Part shown: piece after piece, positions 43,401 to 56,700 of the stretch
Layout: each line of letters starts with the position of its first letter
Numbering within the stretch: the stretch's first letter is position 1
From: Eledone cirrhosa
Lineage: Eukaryota
Length of the DNA: 64,000 nucleotides
Assembly (NCBI GenBank): GCA_964016885.1
Contig: OZ024745.1
Coordinates: 65,224,001 to 65,288,000, forward strand
Reading direction: 5' to 3'
The notes under the pieces: generated by a model
Seen by the model: only the letters and a program-made list of their open reading frames with translations
What the model was told of the DNA's origin: nothing
Database searches by the model: none
Made by a program: the position numbers and the translations under genes

Positions 43401-46400
43401 ATCCATTTTATATTTGGGTGATCCATTTTTTATTTGGGTGATCCATTTTTTATTTGGGGGATCCATTTTTTATTTGGGGGATCCATTTTTTATTTGGGGG
43501 ATCCATTTTTTATTTCGGGGATCCATTTTTTATTTGGGTGATTCATTTTTTATTTGGGGGATCCATTTTTTATTTGGGTGATCCATTTTTTTTATTTGGG
43601 GGTCCATTTTTTATTTGGGTGATCCAATTTTTATTTGGATGATCCATTTTTTAATTGGGTGATCCATTTTTATTTGGGTGATCCATTTTTTACTTGGGGG
43701 ATCCATTTTTTATTTGGGTGATCCATTTTTTATTTTGCTGATTCATTTTTTATTTGGGTGATCCATTTTTTATTTGGGGGATCCATTTTTTATTTGGGTG
43801 AACCATTTTTTATTTGGGAGATCCATTTTTTATTTGGGTGATCCATTTTTTATTTGGGTGATCCATTTTTTATTTGGGGGATCCATTTTTTATTTGGGGG
43901 ATCCATTTTTTATTTGGGTGATCCATTTTTTATTTGGGTGATCCATTTTTTATTTGAGGGATCCATTTTATATTTGGGTGATCCATTTTTTATTTGGGTG
44001 ATCCATTTTTTATTTGGGGGATCCATTTTTTATTTGGGGGATCCATTTTTTATTTGGGGGATCCATTTTTTATTTGGGGGATCCATTTTTTATTTCGGGG
44101 ATCCATTTTTTATTTGGGTGATTCATTTTTTATTTGGGGGATCCATTTTTTATTTGGGTGATCCATTTTTTTTATTTGGGGGTCCATTTTTTATTTGGGT
44201 GATCCATTTTTTATTTGGGTGATCCATTTTTTAATTGGGTGATCCATTTTTATTTGGGTGATCCATTTTTTACTTGGGGGATCCATTTTTTATTTGGGTG
44301 ATCCATTTTTTATTTTGCTGATTCATTTTTTATTTGGGTGATCCATTTTTTATTTGGGGGATCCATTTTTTATTTGGGTGAACCATTTTTTATTTGGGGG
44401 ATCCATCTTTTATTTGGGTGATCCATTTTTTATTTGGGTGATCCATTTTTTATTTGGGGGATCCATTTTTTATTTGGGTGATCCATTTTTTATTTGGGTG
44501 ATCCATTTTTTATTTGGGGGATCCATTTTTTATTTGGGGGATCCATTTTTTATTTGGGTGATCCATTTTTTATTTGGGGGATCCATTTTTTATTTGGGTG
44601 ATCCATTTTTATTTGGAGATCCATTTTGTATTTGGGTGATCCATTTTTTAATTGGGTGATCCATTTTTTATTTGGGTGATCCATTTTTTATTTGGGGGAT
44701 CCATTTTTTATTTGGGTGAACCATTTTTTATTTGGGGGATCCATCTTTTATTTGGGTGATCCATTTTTTATTTGGGTGATCCATTTTTTATTTGGGGGAT
44801 CCATTTTTTATTTGGGTGATCCATTTTTTATTTGGGGATCCATTTTTTATTTGGGTGATCCATTTTTTATTTGGGTGATCCATTTTTTATTTGGGGGATA
44901 CATTTTTTATTTGGGTGATCCATTTTTTATTTGGGGGGTCCATTTTTTATTTGGGGGATCCATTTTTTATTTGGGTGATCAATTTTTTAATTGGGTGATC
45001 CATTTTTTATTTGGGGGATCCATTTTTTATTTGGGTGATCCATTTTTTAGTTGGGTGGTCCATTTTTTATTTGGGTGATCCACTTTTTATTTGGGGGATC
45101 CATTTTTTATTTGGGTGATCCATTTTTTATTTGGGGATCCATTTTTTATTTGGGTGATCCATTTTTTATTTGGGTGATCCATTTTTTATTTGGGGGATCC
45201 ATTTTTTATTTGGGTGATCCATTTTTTATTTGGGGATCCATTTTTTATTTGGGTGATCCATTTTTTATTTGGGTGATCCATTTTTTATTTGGGGGATCCA
45301 TTTTTTATTTGTGTGATCCATTTTTTATTTGGGGGTGCATTTTTTATTTGGGGGATCCATTTTTATTTGGGTGATCCATTTTTTATTTGGGGGATCCATT
45401 TTTTATTTGGGTGATCCATTTTTTATTTGGGTTGATCCCTTTTTTATTTGGGGGATCCATTTTTTATTTGGGTGATCCATTTTTTATTTGGGGGATCCAT
45501 TTTTTATTTGGGGGATCCATTTTTTATTTGGTTGATCCATTTTTTATTAGGGGGATCCATTTTTTATTTGGGTGATCCATTTTAATTTGGAGATCCATTT
45601 TTTGTTTAGGTGATCCATTTTATAATTGGGTGATCCATTTTTTATTTGGGGGATCCATTTTTTATTTGGGGGATCCATTATTTATTTGGGTGATCCATTT
45701 TTTATTTGGGTGATCCATTTTTTATTTGGGTGATCCATTTTTTATTTGGGTGATCCATTTTTTATTTGGGTGATCCATTTTTTATTTGGGGGATCCATTT
45801 TTTATTTGGGTGATCCATTCTTTATTTGGGTGATCCATTTTTTATTTGAGGGATCCATTTTATATTTGGGTGATCCATTTTTTATTTGGGTGATCCATTT
45901 TTTATTTGGGGGATCCATTTTTTATTTGGGGGATCCATTTTTTATTTGGGGGATCCATTTTTTATTTGGGGGATCCATTTTTTATTTCGGGGATCCATTT
46001 TTTATTTGGGTGATTCATTTTTTATTTGGGGGATCCATTTTTTATTTGGATGATCCATTTTTTATTTGGGTGATCCATTTTTTATTTGGGTGATCCATTT
46101 TTTATTTGGGGGATCCATTTTTTATTTGGGGGATCCATTTTTTATTTGGGTGATCCATTTTTATTTGGAGATCCATTTTGTATTTGGGTGATCCATTTTT
46201 TAATTGGGTGATCCATTTTTTATTTGGGTGATCCATTTTTTATTTGGGGGATCCTTTTTTTATTTGGGTGATCCATTTTTTATTTGGGTGGTCCATTTTT
46301 TATTTGGGTGATCCATTTTTTATTTGGGGGATCCATTTTTTATTTGGGTGATCCATTTTTCATTTGGGGATCCATTTTTTATTTGGGTGATCCATTTTTT

Positions 46401-47779
46401 ATTTGGGTGATCCATTTTTTATTTGGGGGATACATTTTTTATTTGGGTGATCCATTTTTTATTTGGGGGATCCATTTTTTATTTGGCTGATCCCTTTTTT
46501 ATTTGGGGGATCCATTTTTTATTTGGGTGATCCATTTTTTATTTGGGGGATCCATTTTTTATTTGGGGGATCCATTATTTATTTGGGTGATGCATTTTTT
46601 ATTTGGGTGATCCATTTTTTATTTGGGTGATCCATTTTTTATTTGGGTGATCCATTTTTTATTTGGGTGATCCATTTTTTATTTGGGGGATCCATTTTTT
46701 ATTTGGGTGATCCATTTTTTATTTGGGTGATCCATTTTTTATTTGAGGGATCCATTTTATATTTGGGTGATCCATTTTTTATATGGGTGATCCATTTTTT
46801 ATTTGGGGGATCCATTTTTTATTTGGGGGATCCATTTTTTATTTGGGGGATCCATTTTTTATTTGGGGGATCCATTTTTTATTTCGGGGATCTATTTTTT
46901 ATTTGGGTGATTCATTTTTTATTTGGGGGATCCATTTTTTATTTGGGTAATCCATTTTTTTTATTTGGGGGTCCATTTTTTATTTGGGTGATCCATTTTT
47001 TATTTGGATGATCCATTTTTTAATTGGGTGATCCATTTTTATTTGGGTGATCCATTTTTTACTTGGGGGATGCATTTTTTATTTGGGTGATCCATTTTTT
47101 ATTTTGCTGATTCATTTTTTATTTGGGTGATCCATTTTTTATTTGGGGGATCCATTTTTTATTTGGGTGAACCATTTTTTATTTGGGAGATCCCTTTTTT
47201 ATTTGGGTGATCCATTTTTTATTTGGGTGATCCATTTTTTATTTGGGGCATCCATTTTTTATTTGGGTGATCCATTTTTTATTTGGGTGATCCATTTTTT
47301 ATTTGGGGGATCCATTTTTTATTTGGGGGATCCATTTTTTATTTGGGTGATCCATTTTTATTTGGAGATCCATTTTGTATTTGGGTGATCCATTTTTTAA
47401 TTGGGTGATCCATTTTTTATTTGGGTGATCCATTTTTTATTTGGGTGGTCCATTTTTTATTTGGGTGATCCATTTTTTATTTGGGGGATCCATTTTTTAT
47501 TTGGGTGATCCATTTTTTATTTGGGGATCCATTTTTTATTTGGGTGATCCATTTTTTATTTGGGTGATCCATTTTTTATTTGGGGGATCCATTTTTTATT
47601 TGGGTGATCCATTTTTTATTTGGGGGGGTCCATTTTTTATTTGGGGGATCCATTTTTATTTGGGTGATCCATTTTTTATTTGGGGGATCCATTTTTTATT
47701 TGGGGGATCCATTTTTTATTTGGGGGATCCATTTTTTATTTGGGTGATCCATTTTTTATTTGGGGGATCCATTTTTTAT

Positions 47780-50700
47780 TTGGGGGATTCATTTTTTATT
47801 TGGGTGATCCATTTTTTATTAGGGGGATCCATTTTTTATTTGGGTGATCCATTTTTATTTGGAGATCCATTTTTTATTTAGGTGATCCATTTTATAATTG
47901 GGTGATCCATTTTTTATTTGGGGGATCCATTTTTTATTTGGGGGATCCATTATTTATTTGGGTGATCCATTTTTTATTTGGGTGATCCATTTTTTATTTG
48001 GGTGATCCATTTTTTATTTGGGTGATCCATTTTTTATTTGGGGGATCCATTTTTTATTTGGGTGATCCATTTTTTATTTGGGGGATCCATTTTTTATTTG
48101 GGTGATCCATTTTTTATTTGGGTGATCCATTTTTTATTTGGGGGATCCATTTTTTATTTGGGTGATCCATTTTTTATTTGGGTGATCCATTTTTTATTTG
48201 GGTGATCCATTTTTTATTTGGGGGATCCATTTTTTATTTGGGGGATCCATTTTTTATTTGGGTGATCCTTTTTTATTTGGAGATCCATTTTGTATTTGGG
48301 TGATCCATTTTTTAATTGGGTGATCCATTTTTTATTTGGGTGATCCATTTTTTATTTGGGGGATCCATTTTTTATTTGGGTGATCCATTTTTTATTTGGG
48401 TGGTCCATTTTTTATTTGGGTGATCCATTTTTTATTTGGGGGATCCATTTTTTATTTGGGTGATCCATTTTTTATTTGGGGATCCATTTTTTATTTGGGT
48501 GATCCATTTTTTATTTGGGTGATCCATTTTTTATTTGGGGGATACATTTTTTATTTGGGTGATCCATTTTTTATTTGGGGGGTCCATTTTTTATTTGGGG
48601 GATCCATTTTTATTTGGGTGATCCATTTTTTATTTGGGGGATCCATTTTTTATTTGGGTGATCCCTTTTTTATTTGGGGGATCCATTTTTTATTTGGGTG
48701 ATCCATTTTTTATTTGGGGGATCCATTTTTTATTTGGGGGATTCATTTTTTATTTGGGTGATCCATTTTTTATTAGGGGGATCCATTTTTTATTTGGGTG
48801 ATCCATTTTTATTTGGAGATCCATTTTTTATTTAGGTGATCCATTTTATAATTGGGTGATCCATTTTTTATTTGGGGGATCCATTTTTTATTTGGAGGAT
48901 CCATTATTTATTTGGGTGATCCATTTTTTATTTGGGTGATCCATTTTTTATTTGGGTGATCCATTTTTTATTTGGGTTGATCCCTTTTTTATTTGGGGGA
49001 TCCATTTTTTATTTGGGTGATCCATTTTTTATTTTGGGGATCCATTTTTTATTTGGGTGATCCATTTTTTATTTGGGTGATCCATTTTTTATTTGGGGGA
49101 TCCATTTTTTATTTGGGTGATCCATTTTTTATTTGGGTGATCCATTTTTTATTTGAGGGACCCATTTTATATTTGGGTGATCCATTTTTTATTTGGGTGA
49201 TCCATTTTTTATTTGGGGGATTCATTTTTTATTTGGGGGATCCATTTTTTATTTGGGGGATCCATTTTTTATTTGGGGGATCCATTTTTTATTTCGGGGA
49301 TCCATTTTTTATTTGGGTGATTCATTTTTTATTTGGGGGATCCATTTTTTATTTGGGTGATCCATTTTTTTTATTTGGGGGTCCATTTTTTATTTGGGTG
49401 ATCCATTTTTTATTTGTGTGATCCATTTTTTAATTGGGTGATCCATTTTTATTTGGGTGATCCATTTTTTACTTGGGGGATCCATTTTTTATTTGGGTGA
49501 TCCTTTTTTTATTTTGCTGATTCATTTTTTATTTGGGTGATCCATTTTTTATTTGGAGGATCCATTTTTTATTTGGGTGAACCATTTTTTATTTGGGGGA
49601 TCCATTTTTTAGTTGGGTGATCCATTTTTTATTTGGGTGATCCATTTTTTATTTGGGGGATCCATGTTTTATTTGGGTGATCCATTTTTTATTTGGGTGA
49701 TCCATTTTTTATTTGGGGGATCCATTTTTTATTTGGGGGATCCATTTTTTATTTGGGTGATCCATTTTTATTTGGAGATCCATTTTGTATTTGGGTGATC
49801 CATTTTGTATTTGGGGGATCCATTTTTTAATTGGGTGATCCATTTTTTATTTGGGGGATCCATTTTTTATTTGGGGGATCCATTTTTTATTTGGGGGATC
49901 CATTGTTTATTTGGGTGATCCATTTTTTATTTGGGTGATCCATTTTTTATTTGGGGGATCCATTTTTTATTTGGGGGATCCATTTTTTATTTGGGTGATC
50001 CATTTTTTATTTGGGTGATCCATTTTTTATTTGGGGGATCCATTTTTTATTTGGGGGATCCATTTTTTATTTGGTTGATCCATTTTTTATTAGGGGGATC
50101 CATATTTTATTTGGGTGATCCATTTTAATTTGGAGATCCATTTTTTGTTTAGGTGATCCATTTTATAATTGGGTGATCCATTTTTTATTTGGGGGATCCA
50201 TTTTTTATTTGGGGGATCCATTATTTATTTGGGTGATGCATTTTTTATTTGGGTGATCCATTTTTTATTTGGGTGATCCATTTTTTATTTGGGTGATCCA
50301 TTTTTTATTTGGGTGATCCATTTTTTATTTGGGGGATCCATTTTTTATTTGGGTGATCCATTTTTTATTTGGGTGATCCATTTTTTATTTGAGGGATCCA
50401 TTTTATATTTGGGTGATCCATTTTTTATATGGGTGATCCATTTTTTATTTGGGGGATCCATTTTTTATTTGGGGGATCCATTTTTTATTTGGGGGATCCA
50501 TTTTTTATTTGGGGGATCCATTTTTTATTTCGGGGATCCATTTTTTATTTGGGTGATTCATTTTTTATTTGGGGGATCCATTTTTTATTTGGGTAATCCA
50601 TTTTTTTTATTTGGGGGTCCATTTTTTATTTGGGTGATCCATTTTTTATTTGGATGATCCATTTTTTAATTGGGTGATCCATTTTTATTTGGGTGATCCA

Positions 50701-53700
50701 TTTTTTACTTGGGGGATGCATTTTTTATTTGGGTGATCCATTTTTTATTTTGCTGATTCATTTTTTATTTGGGTGATCCATTTTTTATTTGGGGGATCCA
50801 TTTTTTATTTGGGTGAACCATTTTTTATTTGGGAGATCCATTTTTTATTTGGGTGATCCATTTTTTATTTGGGTGATCCATTTTTTATTTGGGGGATCCA
50901 TTTTTTATTTGGGTGATCCATTTTTTATTTGGGTGATCCATTTTTTATTTGGGGGATCCATTTTTTATTTGGGGGATCCATTTTTTATTTGGGTGATCCA
51001 TTTTTATTTGGAGATCCATTTTGTATTTGGGGGATCCATTTTTATTTGGGTGTTCCATTTTTTATTTGGGGGATCCATTTTTTATTTGGGTGATCCCTTT
51101 TTTATTTGGGGGATCCATTTTTTATTTGGGTGATCCATTTTTTATTTGGGGGATCCATTTTTTATTTGGGGGATTCATTTTTTATTTGGGTGATCCATTT
51201 TTTATTAGGGGGATCCATTTTTTATTTGGGTGATCCATTTTTATTTGGAGATCCATTTTTTATTTAGGTGATCCATTTTATAATTGGGTGATCCATTTTT
51301 TATTTGGGGGATCCATTTTTTATTTGGAGGATCCATTATTTATTTGGGTGATCCATTTTTTATTTGGGTGATCCATTTTTTAGTTGGGTGATCCATTTTT
51401 TATTTGGGTTGATCCCTTTTTTATTTGGGGGATCCATTTTTTATTTGGGTGATCCATTTTTTATTTTGGGGATCCATTTTTTATTTGGGTGATCCATTTT
51501 TTATTTGGGTGATCCATTTTTTATTTGGGGGATCCATTTTTTATTTGGGTGATCCATTTTTTATTTGGGTGATCCATTTTTTATTTGAGGGACCCATTTT
51601 ATATTTGGGTGATCCATTTTTTATTTGGGTGATCCATTTTTTATTTGGGGGATTCATTTTTTATTTGGGGGATCCATTTTTTATTTGGGGGATCCATTTT
51701 TTATTTGGGGGATCCATTTTTTATTTCGGGGATCCATTTTTTATTTGGGTGATTCATTTTTTATTTGGGGGATCCATTTTTTATTTGGGTGATCCATTTT
51801 TTTTATTTGGGGGTCCATTTTTTATTTGGGTGATCCATTTTTTATTTGGGTGATCCATTTTTTAATTGGGTGATCCATTTTTATTTGGGTGATCCATTTT
51901 TTACTTGGGGGATCCATTTTTTATTTGGGTGATCCATTTTTTATTTTGCTGATTCATTTTTTATTTGGGTGATCCATTTTTTATTTGGAGGATCCATTTT
52001 TTATTTGGGTGAACCATTTTTTATTTGGGGGATCCATTTTTTATTTGGGTGATCCATTTTTTATTTGGGTGATCCATTTTTTATTTGGGGGATCCATGTT
52101 TTATTTGGGTGATCCATTTTTTATTTGGGTGATCCATTTTTTATTTGGGGGATCCATTTTTTATTTGGGGGATCCATTTTTTATTTGAGTGATCCATTTT
52201 TATTTGGAGATCCATTTTGTATTTGGGTGATCCATTTTGTATTTGGGGGATCCATTTTTTAATTGGGTGATCCATTTTTTATTTGGGGGATCCATTTTTT
52301 ATTTGGGGGATCCATTTTTTATTTGGGGGATCCATTGTTTATTTGGGTGATCCATTTTTTATTTGGGTGATCCATTTTTTATTTGGGGGATCCATTTTTT
52401 ATTTGGGGGATCCATTTTTTATTTGGGTGATCCATTTTTTATTTGGGTGATCCATTTTTTATTTGGGGGATCCATTTTTTATTTGGGGGATCCATTTTTT
52501 ATTTGGTTGATCCATTTTTTATTAGGGGGATCCATATTTTTTTGGGTGATCCATTTTAATTTGGAGATCCATTTTTTGTTTAGGTGATCCATTTTATAAT
52601 TGGGTGATCCATTTTTTATTTGGGGGATCCATTTTTTATTTGGGGGATCCATTATTTATTTGGGTGATGCATTTTTTATTTGGCTGATCCATTTTTTATT
52701 TGGGTGATCCATTTTTTATTTGGGTGATCCATTTTTTATTTGGGTGATCCATTTTTTATTTGGGGGATCCATTTTTATTTGGGTGATCCATTTTTTATTT
52801 GGGTGATCCATTTTTTATTTGAGGGATCCATTTTATATTTGGGTGATCCATTTTTTATATGGGTGATCCATTTTTTATTTGGGGGATCCATTTTTTATTT
52901 GGGGGATCCATTTTTTATTTGGGGGATCCATTTTTTATTTGGGGGATCCATTTTTTATTTCGGGGATCCATTTTTTATTTGGGTGATTCATTTTTTATTT
53001 GGGGGATCCATTTTTTATTTGGGTAATCCATTTTTTTTATTTGGGGGTCCATTTTTTATTTGGGTGATCCATTTTTTATTTGGATGATCCATTTTTTAAT
53101 TGGGTGATCCATTTTTATTTGGGTGATCCATTTTTTACTTGGGGGATGCATTTTTTATTTGGGTGATCCATTTTTTATTTTGCTGATTCATTTTTTATTT
53201 GGGTGATCCATTTTTTATTTGGGGGATCCATTTTTTATTTGGGTGAACCATTTTTTATTTGGGAGATCCATTTTTTATTTGGGTGATCCATTTTTTATTT
53301 GGGTGATCCATTTTTTATTTGGGGGATCCATTTTTTATTTGGGTGATCCATTTTTTATTTGGGTGATCCATTTTTTATTTGGGGGATCCATTTTTTATTT
53401 GGGGGATCCATTTTTTATTTGGGTGATCCATTTTTATTTGGAGATCCATTTTGTATTTGGGTGATCCATTTTTTAATTGGGTGATCCATTTTTTATTTGG
53501 GTGATCCATTTTTTATTTGGGTGGTCCATTTTTTATTTGGGTGATCCATTTTTTATTTGGGGGATCCATTTTTTATTTGGGTGATCCATTTTTTATTTGG
53601 GGATCCATTTTTTATTTGGGTGATCCATTTTTTATTTGGGTGATCCATTTTTTATTTGGGGGATCCATTTTTTATTTGGGTGATCCATTTTTTATTTGGG

Positions 53701-56700
53701 GGGGTCCATTTTTTATTTGGGGGATCCATTTTTATTTGGGTGATCCATTTTTTATTTGGGGGATCCATTTTTTATTTGGGTGATCCCTTTTTTATTTGGG
53801 GGATCCATTTTTTATTTGGGTGATCCATTTTTTATTTGGGGGATCCATTTTTTATTTGGGGGATTCATTTTTTATTTGGGTGATCCATTTTTTATTAGGG
53901 GGATCCATTTTTTATTTGGGTGATCCATTTTTATTTGGAGATCCATTTTTTATTTAGGTGATCCATTTTATAATTGGGTGATCCATTTTTTATTTGGGGG
54001 ATCTATTTTTTATTTGGGGGATCCATTATTTATTTGGGTGATCCATTTTTTATTTGGGTGATCCATTTTTTATTTGGGTGATCCATTTTTTATTTGGGTG
54101 ATCTATTTTTTATTTGGGTGATCCATTTTTTATTTGGGGGATCCATTTTTTATTTGGGTGATCCATTTTTTATTTGGGGGATCCATTTTTTATTTGGGTG
54201 ATCCATTTTTTATTTGGGGGATCCATTTTTTATTTCGGGGATCCATTTTTTATTTGGGTGATTCATTTTTTATTTGGGGGATCCATTTTTTATTTTGGGT
54301 GATCCATTTTTTATTAGGGGGATCCATTTTTTATTTGGGTGATCCATTTTTATTTGTAGATCCATTTTTTATTTGGGTGATCCATTTTTTAATTGGAAGA
54401 TCCATTTTTTATTTGGGGGATCCATTTTTTATTTGGGGGATCCATTATTTATTTGGGTGATCCATTTTTTATTTGGGTGATCCATTTTTTATTCGGGGGA
54501 TCCATTTTTTATTTGGGTGATCCATTTTTTATTTGGGTGATCCATTTTTTAATTGGGGATCCATTTTTTATTTAGTTGATCCATTTTTTAATTGGGTGAT
54601 ACATTTTTTATTTGGGGGATCCATTTTTTATTTGGGGGATCCATTTTTTATTTGGGGGATCCATTGTTTATTTGGGTGATCCATTTTTTATTTGGGTGAT
54701 CCATTTTTTATTTGGGGGATCCATTTTGTATTTGGGTGATCCATTTTTTATTTGGGTGATCCATTTTTTATTTGGGTGATCCATTTTTTATTTGTGGGAT
54801 CCATTTTTTATTTGGGTGATCCATTTTTTATTTGGGGGATCCTTTTTTTATTTGGGTGATCCATTTTTTATTTGGGTGATCCATTTTTTATTTGGGGGAT
54901 CCATTTTTTATTTGGGTGATCCATATTTTATTTGGGTGATCCATTTTTTATTTGGGGGATCCATTTTTTATTTGGGTGATCCATTTTTTATTTGGGGGAT
55001 CCATTTTTTATTTGGGGGATCCATTTTTTATTTGGGTGATCCATTTTTTATATGGGTGATCCATTTTTTATTTGGGGGGATCCATTTTTAATTTGGGTGA
55101 TCCATTTTTTATTTGGGGGATCCATTTTTTATTTGGGTGATCCATATTTTATTTGGGGGATCCATTTTTTATTTGGGTGATCCATTTTTTATTTGGGTGA
55201 TCCATTTTTTAATTGGGTGATCCATTTTTTATTTGGGGGATCCATTGTTTATTTGGGTGATCCATTTTTTATTTGGGTGATCCATTTTTTATTTGGGGGA
55301 TCCATTTTTTATTTGGGGGATCCATTTTTTATTTGGGTGATCCATTTTTTATTTGGGTGATCCATTTTTTATTTGGGGGATCCATTTTTTATTTGGGGGA
55401 TCCATTTTTTATTTGGTTGATCCATTTTTTATTAGGGGGATCCATATTTTTTTGGGTGATCCATTTTAATTTGGAGATCCATTTTTTGTTTAGGTGATCC
55501 ATTTTATAATTGGGTGATCCATTTTTTATTTGGGGGATCCATTTTTTATTTGGGGGATCCATTATTTATTTGGGTGATGCATTTTTTATTTGGGTGATCC
55601 ATTTTTTATTTGGGTGATCCATTTTTTATTTGGGTGATCCATTTTTTATTTGGGTGATCCATTTTTTATTTGGGGGATCCATTTTTTATTTGGGTGATCC
55701 ATTTTTTATTTGGGTGATCCATTTTTTATTTGAGGGATCCATTTTATATTTGGGTGATCCATTTTTTATATGGGTGATCCATTTTTTATTTGGGGGATCC
55801 ATTTTTTATTTGGGGGATCCATTTTTTATTTGGGGGATCCATTTTTTATTTGGGGGATCCATTTTTTATTTCGGGGATCCATTTTTTATTTGGGTGATTC
55901 ATTTTTTATTTGGGGGATCCATTTTTTATTTGGGTAATCCATTTTTTTTATTTGGGGGTCCATTTTTTATTTGGGTGATCCATTTTTTATTTGGATGATC
56001 CATTTTTTAATTGGGTGATCCATTTTTATTTGGGTGATCCATTTTTTACTTGGGGGATGCATTTTTTATTTGGGTGATCCATTTTTTATTTTGCTGATTC
56101 ATTTTTTATTTGGGTGATCCATTTTTTATTTGGGGGATCCATTTTTTATTTGGGTGAACCATTTTTTATTTGGGAGATCCATTTTTTATTTGGGTGATCC
56201 ATTTTTTATTTGGGTGATCCATTATTTATTTGGGGGATTCATTTTTTATTTGGGTGATCCATTTTTTATTAGGGGGATCCATTTTTTATTTGGGTGATCC
56301 ATTTTTATTTGGAGATCCATTTTTTATTTAGGTGATCCATTTTATAATTGGGTGATCCATTTTTTATTTGGGGGATCCATTTTTTATTTGGGGGATCCAT
56401 TATTTATTTGGGTGATCCATTTTTTATTTGGGTGATCCATTTTTTATTTGGGTGATCCATTTTTTATTTGGGTGATCCATTTTTTATTTGGGGGATCCAT
56501 TTTTTATTTGGGTGATCCATTTTTTATTTGGGGGATCCATATTTTATTTGGGTGATCCATTTTTTATTTGGGTGATCCATTTTTTATTTGGGGGATCCAT
56601 TTTTTATTTGGGTGATCCATTTTTTATTTGGGTGATCCATTTTTTATTTGGGTGATCCATTTTTTATTTGGGGGATCCATTTTTTATTTGGGGGATCCAT

